A stretch of DNA of 63,608 nucleotides, the filler included, from Octopus bimaculoides (Eukaryota): NCBI RefSeq assembly GCF_001194135.2. It is 6 parts of 6 records of this genome, joined end to end, with 100 filler letters (N's around TTAATTAATTAA, not from the genome) between each part and the next. Parts side by side here need not be neighbours in the genome. Positions count along the whole stretch, not along the records: positions 1 to 30,900 come from NC_068988.1; 5 more parts are not named here. One strand, given 5' to 3'. A program made the position numbers and the translations under genes. Shown here in pieces: positions 1 to 12,023 of the stretch. The stretch's first letter is position 1, and each line of letters starts with the position of its first letter. The notes under the pieces were generated by a model. It was not told where the DNA came from. It worked only from the letters and a program-made list of their open reading frames with translations, and made no database searches.

Positions 1-1
1 G

Positions 2-40
<39 letters not shown>

Positions 41-268
41 ATGTGTGTATGTGTGTCTGAGTATTTGTGTGTGTGTGTTTGTGTCCCCACCATCATCGCT
101 TGACAACCGACACTGGTGTATTTACATCCCCGTCACTTAACGGTTCGGCATAAAGAACCGATAAAATAAGCACTGGGCTTACAAAGAATAAGTCCCCGGG
201 TCTATTTGTTCGACTAAAGGCGTTGACCCAGCATGGCCGCAGTCAAATGACTGAAACAAGTAAAAGAT
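1..268 (+). mobile_element. SINE family A, internal (TA)/(TG) microsatellite plus 3' half
   Basis: catcgcttgacaaccga...cggttcggc...cagcatggccgcagtcaaatgactgaaacaagtaaaaga recurs on either strand at 11.7, 15.8, 33.6, 35.6, 38.6 and 62.75 kb. Confidence 0.85.
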
Positions 269-426
269 TTACAGAATGAAAAAGAAATACATAAATACAT
301 ACGTACTTACATACATATATATGCACACACACATACACACAGACATACACATATATATGCATACGTATACACACAAACATTAACTTGACTATTCTCTTCC
401 CCAACTGAAATTTTGTGTGTGTGTGT

Positions 427-457
<31 letters not shown>

Positions 458-849
458 AGAGAAAGAGAGAGTGACTGAGAGGGAGAGAGACAGAGAGAGT
501 ACGTGTGTTCTCTCAGACACACACGCACACATACACACACACATACACACACACACACACACACACGCATACACTGCTACGAGATTTTTCGTCTTGTTCG
601 TGTTTTCTTTCGGTAAATTTCGCCCCTATTTTTACCAGACCGTCCCTTAAAAGCTCTCTAAGGAACCCCTATTTAGCATCTGTTATCTATTTCCCACCCC
701 ACCACCACCTTTGACCTTTGCCACCTTTTTAGTTTTCGTTTAAATCCCATGCCTCGGGCATATATAAATAAACCGACTTACCTGTATTCCGCCTAACAAA
801 AATATTCAAGCAATAATTACCTGCAGATTGCATTCATTCTCTCGTTCAT

Positions 850-1170
850 TATATGTGTGTGTGTGGGGGGGAGAGGGCGTAGTGTGTGGGTGTGTGTGTG
901 TATGTGACTGTGTCTGTACGTGTATGTGTGATGTGTGCATGTGTGTGGATGGTGTATGCGTGTGTGTGTGTGCTCCTGTGTTTGTGTGGTTGTGTGTTTG
1001 TGTGTGCATGTGTATGTGGGGGTGTATGTATGTGTGCGTGTGAGTGTGTGACTGTGTGTATGTGTGTGTGCATGTGTATGTTATGGGGTGTATGTGTATG
1101 TGTGTAGGTGTGTGGGTGTATATGTGTGTGTGTATGCGTGTGTGTAGGGTGTATGTGCGTGTGTGTGTAA
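850..1170. repeat. Degenerate (TG)n/(TATG) microsatellite field
   Basis: Directly visible low-complexity TG tract. Confidence 0.95.
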
Positions 1171-1194
1171 ATACGTATAAATACGTGCGTGGTA

Positions 1195-1755
1195 GCAGGC
1201 GATGCAGGGTGGGTGGGGATAAGCAACCTGTTTTCTAACCACATGGCTCTGGGTTCAGTTCTTGTGGGGACTACCTTGGGTACGTGCCTTCTACCACTGC
1301 TCCGCACCAAGAAAAGCTTTTGTGAGTGAATTTGGTAGGAAGAAACAGAAAGAAGCCCATCGTGTGTGTGTGTGTGTGTGTGCTTGTGCGTGTGTGTGCA
1401 TGTGTGTTTGTGTGTTTGTATGTGTGTTTGTGTGTTTGTACGTGTTTGTTTGTGTGTGTGTGTATTTGTGTTGTGTGCGTGCGTGTGCTTATGTATGTGT
1501 TTGTGCATGCGTGTGTTTGTGCGTGTGTGTGCATGTGTGTTTGTGTATTTGTGTGTGTGCGCGCGCGCTCTTGTGTGTGTGTTTCTTCCACTTGGTCCCC
1601 CACTCCCACCACTGCTCAACAACCGTTCACGACTGAAGCCGTTCGGCGAAAGACACGGATGGACTAAGTAAAACATTAAAAAAAAAGAGAAGTAATACGT
1701 ACTAAACCTATCAAGTCGTTGCCCCAGCATGGCCGCAGAACAACGACTGAGACAT
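1195..1755 (+). mobile_element. SINE family A, diverged near-full-length copy with internal (TG)n
   Basis: 5' half (aaccacatggctctgggttcag...gtgagtgaatttggtagg...gaagcccatcg), TG tract 1362-1582, then 3' half ending ccccagcatggccgcag. Confidence 0.75.
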
Positions 1756-1947
1756 TGGTAGCTTTCAACAAAAATAAGAGCATACCACAATAAACATAAT
1801 TAAAACTGATTTTTGATGGAACTTATAATCTGAAGAAATGTTTTACAGGAATGTCTGTAGAAAGTAACGTTGGAAACCTCGATATTTCCCGAAATATAAG
1901 CAAAGACATGAAGAAACGTTGTATCGCAATGAGTACGTCACAGGGGT

Positions 1948-2040
1948 GAAGGCGCATGGCTCAGTGGTTAGAGCGTCGAGCTTACGATCTTGAGGTTGTG
2001 AGTTCGAATCCCGGACCGGGCTGCGTGTTGTGTTCTTGGG
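1948..2040 (+). mobile_element. tRNA-derived SINE head (truncated)
   Basis: Pol III A box tggctcagtgg (1957-1967) and B box gttcgaatcc (2002-2011), continuing into gtgttgtgttcttggg as in the heads at 49324 and 61949. Confidence 0.75.
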
Positions 2041-2709
2041 TGGGTGGGGCGAAAAATGTCATCCCCTTATCCATACGCTATCCAGTGCTTTGTGAAGATT
2101 CCCCAGATGTGAAATAATCCGTATGTTTCTCATTAGGTAGATATGTGGTCAGTGTTTGAATTTGCTTAATTCACCTAGTCATAAACACATAACTCCGACA
2201 ACCAGTTGAGACATAGAATACTTTCATATAAGTATTATCTTGCTTATATTAACTAATATCTTAATGTCTAGGTTCAATTGAACAAATATCAGTGTTTCGA
2301 ACAAAAGTACAACTTGGTATTTAATAATTTCGCCTAGGTGGACTTAGCCACTTTTATCCTGTATGAAATCCATTAAAAGAAAATAAACAAATAATACGGA
2401 AATATCGAAATAATCGTGTTTGAAGGTGGGAAACCCCGAGACCCGTCCTCTGTCCAACAATCGTTTTTATGGATNNNNNNNNNNNNNNNNNNNNNNNNNN
2501 NNNNNNNNNNNNNNNNNNNNNNNNNNNNNNNNNNNNNNNNNNNNNNNNNNNNNNNNNNNNNNNNNNNNNNNNNNNNNNNNNNNNNNNNNNNNNNNNNNNN
2601 NNNNNNNNNNNNNNNNNNNNNNNNNNNNNNNNNNNNNNNNNNNNNNNNNNNNNNNNNNNNNNNNNNNNNNNNNNNNNNNNNNNNNNNNNNNNNNNNNNNN
2701 NNNNNNNNN

Positions 2710-2850
2710 AAGAAGAAGAAGAAGAAGAAGAAGAAGAAGAAGAAGAAGAAGAAGAAGGAGAAGGAGAAAAAGAAGAAGAAGAAAAAGAAGAAGAAGAACA
2801 AGAAGAAGAACAAGAAGAAGAAGAAGAAGAAGAAGAAGAAGAAGAAGAAG
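2710..2850. repeat. (GAA)n trinucleotide microsatellite
   Basis: Directly visible; abuts an N gap. Confidence 0.95.
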
Positions 2851-3124
2851 AAATCGATATATGCTGACCTTGTTCTCGTTGAGCTTCCTACATATTTGCG
2901 GTCATGCAACCATTTACGAGATTTCCAGCGAGAACATACAAGAATTTATGAAGTGGTCAATTAGAGTCAATATACCGATATGGACACATCATGCAAGGAT
3001 CGATACTGCGTTAAATGAGTGGTTAGCTGGTGGTTTTTGAACAACAGCGCGCAGTAAAGAGTAGAGAGAATGCAATGGAAAGAAAGAAAGAGTGAAAGAA
3101 AGACAGATTGATAGAAACATAGAG

Positions 3125-3184
3125 AGATTGAGAGATATATATAGAGAGAGGGAGAGATAGATAGATAGGTAGATAGATAGGTAG

Positions 3185-3227
<43 letters not shown>

Positions 3228-3237
3228 NNNNNNNNNN

Positions 3238-3290
<53 letters not shown>
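3125..3290. repeat. (GA)n/(GATA)n microsatellite
   Basis: Directly visible. Confidence 0.95.
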
Positions 3291-3293
<3 letters not shown>

Positions 3294-3482
3294 AAAAGAG
3301 CTGATGTGTCGAAAGAGATGAAAGGAAAGACGAGAAATTGATGGAAGAACGTAGAGAGTTAGATATTTCGATTTATTAATATATTTGTTTCATTAATTAT
3401 TTACGTATGAAACACTGGATTAATTCCCTTGTCAAAACTTGTCGATACTCGTTTTTCATTGTTACAGACATAAATGCATGCA

Positions 3483-3516
<34 letters not shown>

Positions 3517-3518
3517 GC

Positions 3519-3705
3519 TGGCATGACGTCGACTACAATGACGAGTGTTCCATTTCATCCGATTAATGGATCAACGCGAACGTGAAATTACATGCATGTG
3601 ACTGAGCACTCCACAAACACGCGTACCTTTAACGTTATTATTCCGAGAGAGTCAGCGTGACATGGAATGTGACAAGATTAGCCATTTGAATTACTAGAGC
3701 TACAG
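3519..3705 (-). mobile_element. SINE tail D, old diverged copy
   Basis: Aligns by eye with 8184-8360 (gtgaaatta...ctgagcactccacaaacac...tcagcgtgac...tgtgacaag). Confidence 0.7.
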
Positions 3706-4802
3706 ATATTTACTAATTTAAATTAAGAAACTTGATCAAGGACACCACTCGCCACCAGGAATTGAACGCATAACCAGACGATCGTAAGCCAAAACACCCT
3801 AACCATTAAGCCATGCGCAGTACAGATATATACATACGTACATATGCTAGTTTGGAGGCATGGACATATTGAAAACCTAGCCAGGGGCCTCACGTGATTT
3901 GGGGCCCAGTTCTGATGCATGTATACTATAGGCCCCAGTGTATTAATTTGCTAGGGAACTTATAATGTTGCTAAGGCGGCACTACATGCATAAATAAATA
4001 AACACATAGTAAACCTGTTCCGGTTTAGTTGCCTGGAATGAATATATAAATATAATTATATATGTACATACACATACATGCATAAATAAACTATATTAAA
4101 TGTATATTAAAGAGATGTACGCATCACTTAAATTGGTGCAAATATATCAGCAGACACTCCCTAATATATATACTTGGTGAGTCTAGATTTAATTATAAAA
4201 CTATGTCCTTCTGTTTAAATGTAATTTCATTAAATATCTATAACTTTGTGCAGCTGAAGATTGGTCTACATTTTATATTTGATGTAATATTCACATTACT
4301 TAATTAAATGGAGTCGCATGAAACGATCGTACTGCATTAACTTTGAATATCCTTGTTGCTTATTTTGACTTATATATATNNNNNNNNNNNNNNNNNNNNN
4401 NNNNNNNNNNNNNNNNNNNNNNNNNNNNNNNNNNNNNNNNNNNNNNNNNNNNNNNNNNNNNNNNNNNNNNNNNNNNNNNNNNNNNNNNNNNNNNNNNNNN
4501 NNNNNNNNNNNNNNNNNNNNNNNNNNNNNNNNNNNNNNNNNNNNNNNNNNNNNNNNNNNNNNNNNNNNNNNNNNNNNNNNNNNNNNNNNNNNNNNNNNNN
4601 NNNNNNNNNNNNNNNNNNNNNNNNNNNNNNNNNNNNNNNNNNNNNNNNNNNNNNNNNNNNNNNNNNNNNNNNNNNNNNNNNNNNNNNNNNNNNNNNNNNN
4701 NNNNNNNNNNNNNNNNNNNNNNNNNNNNNNNNNNNNNNNNNNNNNNNNNNNNNNNNNGTACTAACTCGCTGCCTTACTGACGAAAAATAATTCATTTTTT
4801 TT

Positions 4803-4905
4803 CTGTACTCAAGGCACAAGGCCCAAAATTTTGAGCGAGGGGTCCAATCGATTAGATCGACTCCTGTACGCAACCGGTACTTAATTTATCGACCCCCGAA
4901 ATTTG
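4803..4905 (-). mobile_element. SINE family C, 3' fragment
   Basis: ctgtactcaaggcacaaggcccaaaattt...ggtacttaatttatcgaccccc matches copies at 6.06-6.46 and 44.5-45.3 kb. Confidence 0.75.
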
Positions 4906-6059
4906 ATTGACAAAACCCATTCGTATCTGTACCACACCGAGGCCACGGTCTAATACCTGAAATAAATAAATAAGAAAAAAGAAAGAAAAATCTATATCCA
5001 ACGCTAACCCAGCATTTAATTTGCATTTAGAAGTAAATCAAAATGTACTATGTGAAAGAAGAAATAAATGTTGTTCTAGCGAAGAGACGAAGATATATTG
5101 AGTTACAGGACCATTATCAAGAAAGGGAAGATAGATTTCCGTGTGTTGCGAATGAAATATATCCGGAATTACACAAGTATTGCATTAGTTCAACCCTTTA
5201 TATTCTACGTTCAAACTGCACCGACGTCAACTTTCCTATCCGTCCTTCAGAATTCGATAAAATAAAATGCAAGAATTGTTAGAGCACTGATAAGATTCCT
5301 CGACGTTTTTGCCCTGTCTCTTTCATGTTCTGAGTTTGCTAGCACTGACACTCATTGTGACAGAGCTATCTCCTCCCCATTCTTCTCTTAGACGGCATCC
5401 GTAGCGTAAAGAGGAAAGATCGGCTGGTTGAACAACAGTTGGTCTTCCATAAAAAAAAGCAACCTTCTCTAGGATTTCATCTTGTCAAGGAATATTCCAG
5501 CTCAAGGGTTGCCCCCAGATGGCATAAACTCTTGCTACGTCACTGAAGCCATTCCCATACGTATAGCTCTAAGATAATGTATTCGTGAGCACATCCCTAA
5601 CATTCACATTAGGCTAATTACAATTCCTGAGCTGTTCCTTTCGAATCTTGTCACTAATTCAAATTCTGATCATAACTTCAAGCTCGCATTAACTTTAATA
5701 TTAATCCTAATCAGCACTTTCCAATCTGAGCTGAAATCATACTGCGGCCTATACAGGTGGTAGACTTAATCCGTCACCCTGTTTAGTGTAAGCCCCTGGC
5801 AACAGGAGTGACTTTAGCGGAACCCGTTCCGTCGCAAACATTTGGGACATGTCTAATTTGAGGACAACTTCCTCTCTCCAACCAGTTTCAGAGACCCCCG
5901 TAACGGATTTTAGGTACAACCTTTTCCCCCGATTAAAATATTAGAATAATTTTCTAATGCTCATCTAATCTTAACTTTAAATATAAGCGTAATCCATTAA
6001 AGAGAAAAAGAAGTAGTTTTAAATTTCTAAGCGAGAAGTAATATTTGCAAGAGTAAAGT

Positions 6060-6253
6060 GGCCCAAAATTTTGAGGGAGGGTGCCAGTCGATAAGATTGA
6101 CCCCAGTGCACTACTGGTATTTAATTTATCCACCCCTAAAGGATGAAATGCCAAGTCGACCTCGGTGGAATTTGAACTCAGAACGTAAAGACAGAGGAAA
6201 TACCACTAAGCATTTCGCCCGGTGTGCTAACGGTTCTGCCCGCTTGCCGCCTT
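6060..6253 (-). mobile_element. SINE family C, copy 1 of tandem pair
   Basis: ggatgaaa..caagtcgacctcgg.ggaatttgaactcagaacgtaaagacag...gccgcctt; the reverse complement has a tRNA-like head and a tttcatcctttcggggtcgataaa-type core. Confidence 0.9.
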
Positions 6254-6270
6254 ATCTAGACGTAATAATA

Positions 6271-6462
6271 TTTTCTACTCTAGGCACAAAGCTTAAAATT
6301 TTGGGGGAGGGTGCCAGTCGATAAGATCGATCCCAGTACTCAACTGGTACTTAATTTATCGACCTCAAAATGATGAAATGCAAAGTCGACTTCGGCGGAA
6401 TTTGAACTCAGAACGTAATGACAAACGAAATACCACTAAGCATTTTGCCTGCTCGCTGCCTT
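6271..6462 (-). mobile_element. SINE family C, copy 2 of tandem pair
   Basis: Near-identical to 6060-6253. Confidence 0.9.
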
Positions 6463-6574
6463 ATCTAGACGCAATAATACCGTATTCGACTGGATGGTTA
6501 ACAGTTGTGATTTTAGCTCCCGTACTAAGTACAGTGCTTTTCATCGGTTTGGTTCACGAAAGAAATATTTTACC

Positions 6575-6675
6575 CGAGTCTATAGTAGAAGAAACTTGTT
6601 CAAAGTGCCATTCAGTGGGATTGAGCACGGAACCATGTGGTCAGGAAGCAAGTTTCTTACCACACAATCACCTCT
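6575..6675 (-). mobile_element. SINE family A, 5' fragment
   Basis: gtgccattcagtgggattgagcacggaaccatgtggtcaggaagcaagtttcttaccacac is the reverse complement of the family A head. Confidence 0.75.
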
Positions 6676-6719
6676 TTTTTTGATTAAATCTTCAGACCTG
6701 GAAATGAATAGGCTTAACA

Positions 6720-6915
6720 ACATGGCTGTGTCGTAAAAAAGCTTGCTTCTGAAACCCATAGTTCCGTGTTCAGTCCCACAACATAGCACCTTGGACCTTG
6801 GCTTCTGTTATAATCTCGGGCTGACCAAACCATTCTGGGTGGATTTGGTAAACATAAATTGAAAGAAGCTTGTTGTGTCTGGTGTGTGTGTGTGTGAGTG
6901 CGTGCGTGTGTGTAT

Positions 6916-6961
<46 letters not shown>
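6720..6961 (+). mobile_element. SINE family A, 5' half plus (TG)n running into a gap
   Basis: tggctgtgtcgtaaaaaagcttgct...gttcagtccca...ggatttggtaaac...gaaagaagc then TG tract. Confidence 0.75.
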
Positions 6962-7558
6962 NNNNNNNNNNNNNNNNNNNNNNNNNNNNNNNNNNNNNNN
7001 NNNNNNNNNNNNNNNNNNNNNNNNNNNNNNNNNNNNNNNNNNNNNNNNNNNNNNNNNNNNNNNNNNNNNNNNNNNNNNNNNNNNNNNNNNNNNNNNNNNN
7101 NNNNNNNNNNNNNNNNNNNNNNNNNNNNNNNNNNCCGAAGAACTAATCAACAAATGCTATAACACTAAAGAAATATTATTTCCATTCGTGTAACGGTTTC
7201 AGTCATAGACAGGCGGCCATGATGGAGCACCACCTCAATGTATTTTCTCTTAGTTCTGTTGTTTCTTCATGGCTGGAATTTAGTTTATGATCTTCCCTCG
7301 GTGTATCCTTGAAATATTTTAAAGTTTAATTATGGTAATGAATTGAAGCTACAAAGCATATTAAGTAACCTTTACATCATCGCTGCTATTACTTGCGAAC
7401 AAACGAAACCACTCCTATATATATTCAGACGGTGTCTGTATACATATATACACACACACGTACACGCATACATAAGTACATAAATGTTTTTTTGCGTATA
7501 TGTACAAAAGGAAACAGAAAGATAGAGAGATAAAGGAAGGGAGAAGAAGAAGGAGAAC

Positions 7559-7637
<79 letters not shown>

Positions 7638-8020
7638 AGAGATAAAGAGATAGAGAGAGAGATGGAGGGAAAAAGAGAGAATGGAGGTCTTTTGAATTAA
7701 TCCCGAAGCATTTCTTTAAATGAAACCTCAAGTATAACAATTCGGCACCGCCATGCGGATCTTTCTGGTCGCAAGTGCGTTTCTAAGACTTCCAAGTAGG
7801 AGATAAAAGAACCCACACACACAAGTACACATCCATGTACACACATCAACACATACACATAGACACACATATACGCATACACTTTGCACGCAAACACACA
7901 CACACATATGCACGCACACGCACGTATGCACATACGCGCATTCATATATAAATATATATATATACGCCTGTGCATATCTTCACGTGCGTTTTCACATGTA
8001 TGTATGCTTGTAAATACGTA

Positions 8021-8051
<31 letters not shown>

Positions 8052-8183
8052 CAACGCATACCTACGCATATATAAATATATTCATTCATTCATATGTTGA
8101 TACACATAACTACAGGAACATACAGATGTACGGGCACACGTACAGGCATGCGCACATGTTTGTGTGTATGTATATATGATCCT

Positions 8184-8360
8184 TGGCACTCCGTCGGTTA
8201 CGACGACGCGGGTTCCAGTTGATCCAGTCAACAGAACAGCTTGCTCGTGAAATTAACGCGTAGAGGGTGGGCACTTCACAGACACGTGTACCCTTAAAGT
8301 ATTTCTCGGGAAGAGATTCAGCGTGGCACAGAGTGTGACAAGGCTGACCTCTTTGAAATA
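8184..8360 (-). mobile_element. SINE tail D copy (left arm of hairpin)
   Basis: tggcactccgtcggttacgacgac...gtgtgacaaggctgacctctttgaaata; same tail at 3519, 47580 and 62150. Confidence 0.85.
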
Positions 8361-8471
8361 CTACGTTAAGGGTACACGTGTCTGTGGTGTGCTCAGCCAC
8401 TTGCACATTAATTTCACGAGCAGGCCGTTCCGTTGATCGGATCGACTGGAACCCTCGTCGACGGAGTGCCA
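8361..8471 (+). mobile_element. SINE tail D copy (right arm of hairpin)
   Basis: ctacgttaagggtacacgtgtctgtgg...gacggagtgcca is the reverse complement of 8184-8301. Confidence 0.85.
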
Positions 8472-8821
8472 CAACATACGTATGTATGTATGACTTCGAA
8501 CATGTAGATATATACACATATTACTTGATTTATGAATGATACATACATTAATTTGAACACTCGCACAGATGTATGTATACAAATATATAAATGTATGCGT
8601 ATCTATACACATACAATTACACATGTATATATGTAAATACCTATACGCCCGTATATATATTTATACAAACATTCAAATATACGCGCGCGTGCACAAACAC
8701 ACATATGTATATATATATATATATATACACACACAAAGACATGTATATGTATATATATATATGTGTATCTATCTATTTCTCTCAATCTCTCCCTCCTTCT
8801 CTTTGTCTCTCTCCCTCCCTC

Positions 8822-8900
8822 TCTTTGTCTCACTCTCTCTTTGTCTCACTCTCTCTTTGTCTCACTCTCTCTTTGTCTCACTCTCTCTTTGTCTCACTCT
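8822..8900. repeat. 16-bp minisatellite (ttgtctcactctctct) x ~5
   Basis: Directly visible periodicity inside a CT tract. Confidence 0.85.
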
Positions 8901-8947
8901 CTCTCACTCTCTCTCCCTCTCTCTCTCNNNNNNNNNNTCTCTCTCAC

Positions 8948-8996
<49 letters not shown>

Positions 8997-9378
8997 ATAT
9001 ATATATATACCTACATATATGCCTCCACGTTTCCACACACCATATATCCACATAGATGCATTCAAACACCTACACTTTATAGTCGTTCTTTCAAACATAC
9101 ATACATACATATATACATACATACATACATACATACACACAAACATACATACAAACGTACATACATACATACACATACATACATACGATTACATATATAC
9201 ACACACCTACACACATCCATAATACGAAAATTATACATATTCATGTACACGTAGCCGGACAGTTTTCATCGTTCTACAGGTGCTTAAGTTAATCACGTAT
9301 AGCGACAACATCAAAGCCACTTTTTCGAGAAGTCAGTAGACAATACTGAAGTACAACTTAAACTGACTTTGCTCCATT

Positions 9379-9442
<64 letters not shown>

Positions 9443-9964
9443 NNNNNNNNNNGATATATGTGCACACATCTACAAACGCACAGAGATACACACCATACAA
9501 ACACACGTAACTTTACAGTTTCGTTTTTCCTTTTATTCTTCTTGTGTTGCTTGCCTGAAAGAATTTGGCATATCGTGTCAAAGCTATGTTTTAGTCTCTC
9601 AGTACTAGGCGTTGTTAATTGCAGTCAAAGAACCATTATTCTTAACCAGCAGAACAAAGTGAAAGCCACACGAAGATAGGTAATAAAAGATATCTCTCTC
9701 ACGTTATCTCTCGTTTCTTACCTTTTTCTCTCCATTCTCCCATCTGCCACCCCTCACCAACATATATTTCATTATCTTCTTGACTTCAATAATTTATACA
9801 GAAAGACCTTATTTAAAAAAAATTTCTCTTTTTAATTTAATTTTATTTTATTTTGTTTATTTATTCGTTCATTTATTTTGGTATTTCATCGCCGTGACGC
9901 GAGCGTTAATCTTTTCATTCTTTCCCCGCCTTTACGTTTACCTTTAACATATCACTTACTTATT

Positions 9965-10005
<41 letters not shown>

Positions 10006-10116
10006 ATAATAATAATAATAATAATAATCGTTTCATTATTGGTCACAAGGCCCATACGTAACTTGTCATACAGAAAAGGGTTACAAAAGCGTGTAGGGAA
10101 GTGTACAACTGCGTCA

Positions 10117-10156
<40 letters not shown>

Positions 10157-11543
10157 GATAATAATAATAATAATAATAATGTTGGTGACAGCGGTGGTGG
10201 TGGCCGTGGTGGTGGCCGTGGTGGTGATGGAGGGTGGTAGTGGAGGTGTTATGATGATGATGATGATGATGATGATGAATGACAATGGTTAAGATGGCGA
10301 CGATGACGATTGCAGGCCTTTCTTAAAGATTTCGATTCATTTATCTTCGTATCACGTTTTTGATCTTCTTATACTATTATCATTTTCATTGTCATTACAC
10401 CTTTGAATTTTACGAGAGCTCCGTCTTTTCATTAACACAAAAAACAACCACAACTACAACAACAACAACAACGATATTACAATCGTCATCACAACCTGTA
10501 GTAGCAGTAGTAGTAGCGGCAACAGCAGCAGCAGTAATGATTATGAAATGCGTTTTGTGACAACCGACCACTTTCAGAGAATACATACACACCAGCTCTA
10601 CGTAATCCAGTTTTCCTCCTCCGCTTCTTGAGACCGATCGCAAAGGGAAATAACCATATACTTGTTCAGAAAAACATAACCTTTTAACTTTGAACACGGC
10701 GTTTTCTTTCATTTTGTTTTGCATTTTTTCTGGGGGGTTTTTTTGTATTTTTTTTGGTGGTTTGAGTGTTGGTTGGTATTTATTTCTGTTTCTATCTTTC
10801 GGTTCGTTCCTAAAATGAAATGGATTCCTCAATTTTTAATTCAATTCCAGAGTTCTACCTAACAAAACGGTGAATCCCCTCAGATTCATTTCAATATCTC
10901 TCCACTTATCCTTAAAATTGCGAACTTCTGATCTGGTTATATAATTCTTCATGTTTTACTCTTTTAATCTCCCCTCTCCCCCTCTCTCTCTCTCTTTCAC
11001 TCTCTCTCTCTCTTTCACTCTCTCTCTCTCTTTCACTCTCTCTCTCTCCATCTGTCCTTTGCATTCTCCTTTCTTTCTTTCTCATTCTCTCTCTTCCTCT
11101 CTCTCTCTAACTCTATTTTTCTCATTCTCTTATTATCACTTTCTATCGTTCTCTTTCTTTCTCTGTCTGCCTCATTCCCCTCTTACATTCTTTCTCTCTA
11201 TCTGTCTCTCCCCTCTCCTCCTCTCTCTCTTTTGATTTTAATCCCTTACCTATTGCCTATTTCACTCTTTTCCTCTCTTCATATAAGCTCTTCTCTGCTA
11301 ATATTTAGCCTTCATCTTCAGAGAATTTCTTTTCCATAATATCTGAATGAAAACGTTATCTATCGAGCCAGCAGGCGAGTTGTTCCTTCTACCGGTTCCT
11401 TGGGATGCTACAAATTTCCCTTAAATCATACGCGGCCATCTTAGAAAAAAGACACGTTCTATAATACGCTCCTTCTTTCACAGTAAATAGGGAAGCCAAA
11501 GTGGTTAGTCACAAATGGAACACGTTTTATCAAAGACCTACTC

Positions 11544-11600
11544 TAGTGGTTCCCAATTTGGGTCCATATGAAATTTAGGGGTTCATATAAGATTATCGGT
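11544..11600. mobile_element. Possible hAT-type MITE terminus (single end)
   Basis: tagtggttcccaa resembles the CAGTGGTTCCCAA terminus of the MITE at 32202; no partner end seen. Confidence 0.35.
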
Positions 11601-11716
11601 GTTAAAATTTACATATAATATAATGGTTATACTTCCAGAATATACAAACAATTCTAATGATATTTTGTTATACAAATACAATTCCTAATAATATTTAATT
11701 TTTTTCCTTTTTTTTT

Positions 11717-11938
11717 CTTTTATATGTTTCAGTCCTTTGACTGCAGCCATGCTGGAGTACCGCCTTTAGTCGAACAAATCGACCCGAGGACTTATTCTTT
11801 GTAAGCCTAGTGCTTATTCTATCGGTCTCTTCGGCTGAACCGCTAGGTTACGGGGACATAAACACACCAGCATCGGTTGTCAAGCTATGGTGGGCGAACA
11901 AACACAGACACAAACACACACAAACACACACAGACACA

Positions 11939-11990
<52 letters not shown>

Positions 11991-12023
11991 AACACAAACA
12001 CAAACACACACATATATACATAT
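11717..12023 (-). mobile_element. SINE family A, 3' half plus (CA)n running into a gap
   Basis: tttcagtcctttgactgcagccatgctggag...ccagcatcggttgtcaagc then CA tract. Confidence 0.9.

Noticed and set aside
1948-2040. A genuine tRNA gene
   Set aside because: A and B boxes are present, but no acceptor stem closes and the sequence continues into SINE body shared with other copies
2416-3040. Poly-K/R/E protein
   Set aside because: (GAA)n tract plus N gap; the unique tail has no recognisable motif or splice support
3880-3985. Possible DNA-transposon end (ggggcc motifs, tgctaaggcggcact)
   Set aside because: No partner terminus or TSD visible; too weak to call
10560-10680. Unique GC-richer segment with a minus-strand donor-like gtatgt and a KKRRRK frame
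   Set aside because: No convincing acceptor or recognisable product
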